Positions 63,107 through 64,000 of a stretch of DNA of 64,000 nt are shown here, in pieces. The DNA is from Sarea resinae. Its lineage: Eukaryota. Where the stretch lies: NCBI GenBank assembly GCA_026026165.1, contig JAPEUD010000035.1, forward strand, positions 124,001 through 188,000, written 5' to 3'. The notes beneath the pieces were generated by a model. The model saw only the letters and a program-made list of their open reading frames with translations, did no database searches and had not been told where the DNA came from. Positions within the stretch are counted from its first letter, which is position 1. Each line of letters begins with the position of its first letter. A program made the position numbers and the translations under genes.

Positions 63107-64000
63107 CTAAATCCGAATCGAATGCTTGATGCGCGCAAACTCCGTGACCACGGTGCCGTCGTGCAGAGTCGACTTTTTCTCCTCCAGCTCGTACCGGCCC
63201 AGCGCCGGCAAGACCTTGCGCCACAGCACCCAGTACAGCACGCCACACGTCAGCACGGCGATGCCGACGATCGGGTAGAGCCAGTACGGCAGCGACGTGT
63301 CGCCCTTGCCGCCGGGCGGCCGCAGGAACGGCGCCACCAGCAAAAAGGCCTGGCCGACCATGTAGAAGACGGCAATGGGCAGCCAGACCTTAAACGGCCG
63401 ATGAACGGCTGGCGCGTTCCAGCGCAGGATGAAGAGGCCCAGCACGACAAAGAAGTTGATGATCGAGCCCGGGTAGCCCTCGACGTCCAGGATGAAGTTG
63501 TACGCGTCGCCAAACGGGATCGCCACGATCACGATAAACGACGGGATGAAGTGCAGCAAGAGACCGGCCGACGGAGAGCCGAATGGCCATGCCGAGGCCC
63601 AGAAGCGCGGATACGGCAGCACGCCTTCCTTGGCCAGTTCCTGGTTGACCCGCGATTGGGCAAAGGTGATGGTCATGACATTCCCCAGGGAGGACAATGC
63701 TGCGAAGACGCTGGAGTCGGGATCATTAGCAGCTAAACTGAAACCCCACGAACATAGTCGGGCCATACCTCAGTACTCTCTCCGCCGTCGACCCAAAGAC
63801 CTTGCCCATAAAGTAGGCGGCGACAGTGACTCCACTATCAGCAATCTCCTGCGGAGTGGCAGCAGCGTAATATGACACATTGACGAGAATATACAGTAGA
63901 CCGCACGTCCCAAGCCCAAGAGGCCCGGCGATCTTCAGTGTTCGAACGGGTTTTTTCACCTCATTGAGCACGTAGGCGGCATTGGACCATCTGAACAGCA
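63107..64000 (-). CDS. MUP1: High-affinity methionine permease-like APC/LAT transporter, 3' part (runs off the window)
   Basis: WSNAAYVLNEVKKPVRTLKIAGP, ALSSLGNVMTITFAQSRVNQELAKEGVLP, PFGDAYNFILDVEGYP and PFLRPPGGKGDTSLPYWLY. Confidence 0.85.

Noticed and set aside
62843..63736. 297-aa + strand ORF
   Set aside because: Largely antisense to the MUP1-like permease.
1..64000. tRNA, 5S rRNA, snRNA, TPP riboswitch or telomerase RNA
   Set aside because: A by-eye scan for their signature motifs found none. The GTTCGA hits (e.g. ~54339, ~56329) lack cloverleaf context. A covariance-model search could still find something.

Overview
Gene-dense, intron-containing DNA from a filamentous ascomycete (Pezizomycotina-type genes and splice signals). 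I cannot name the species from the sequence. By hand-splicing I support 23 protein-coding genes: ATP18, SPC19, RAV2/Rogdi, a SUR7-family gene, casein kinase I (HRR25/hhp1), a Zn-dependent FDH-like dehydrogenase, SEC21, PLP2, an RsmA/Fcr3-like bZIP factor, TeaA/Kel1, KOG1/Raptor, DPS1, a Gemin2/Brr1-like gene, an F-box/LRR gene, a CECR5-like HAD hydrolase, a secreted lactonase, a PhiA/IgE-binding-like wall protein, two hypothetical genes, a pair of small secreted proteins and a partial MUP1-like permease (counted with these). No tRNA, rRNA or CRISPR was recognised. Four observations stand out. (1) An inverted duplication (about 53.9-55.75 kb vs 58.2-59.86 kb) carries two head-to-head small secreted 4-Cys proteins with conserved signal peptides, diverged mature domains and differing TATA boxes. 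(2) A 326-bp solo-LTR-like insertion is revealed by comparing the two arms. (3) The gene at 48.4-50.9 kb has two start-stop uORFs upstream and a CUG in strong context that opens a 74-codon Arg-rich in-frame extension. (4) CK1 has three alternative C-termini, where one isoform's stop codon doubles as the next acceptor's branch point. All identifications come from motif recognition, not database searches.
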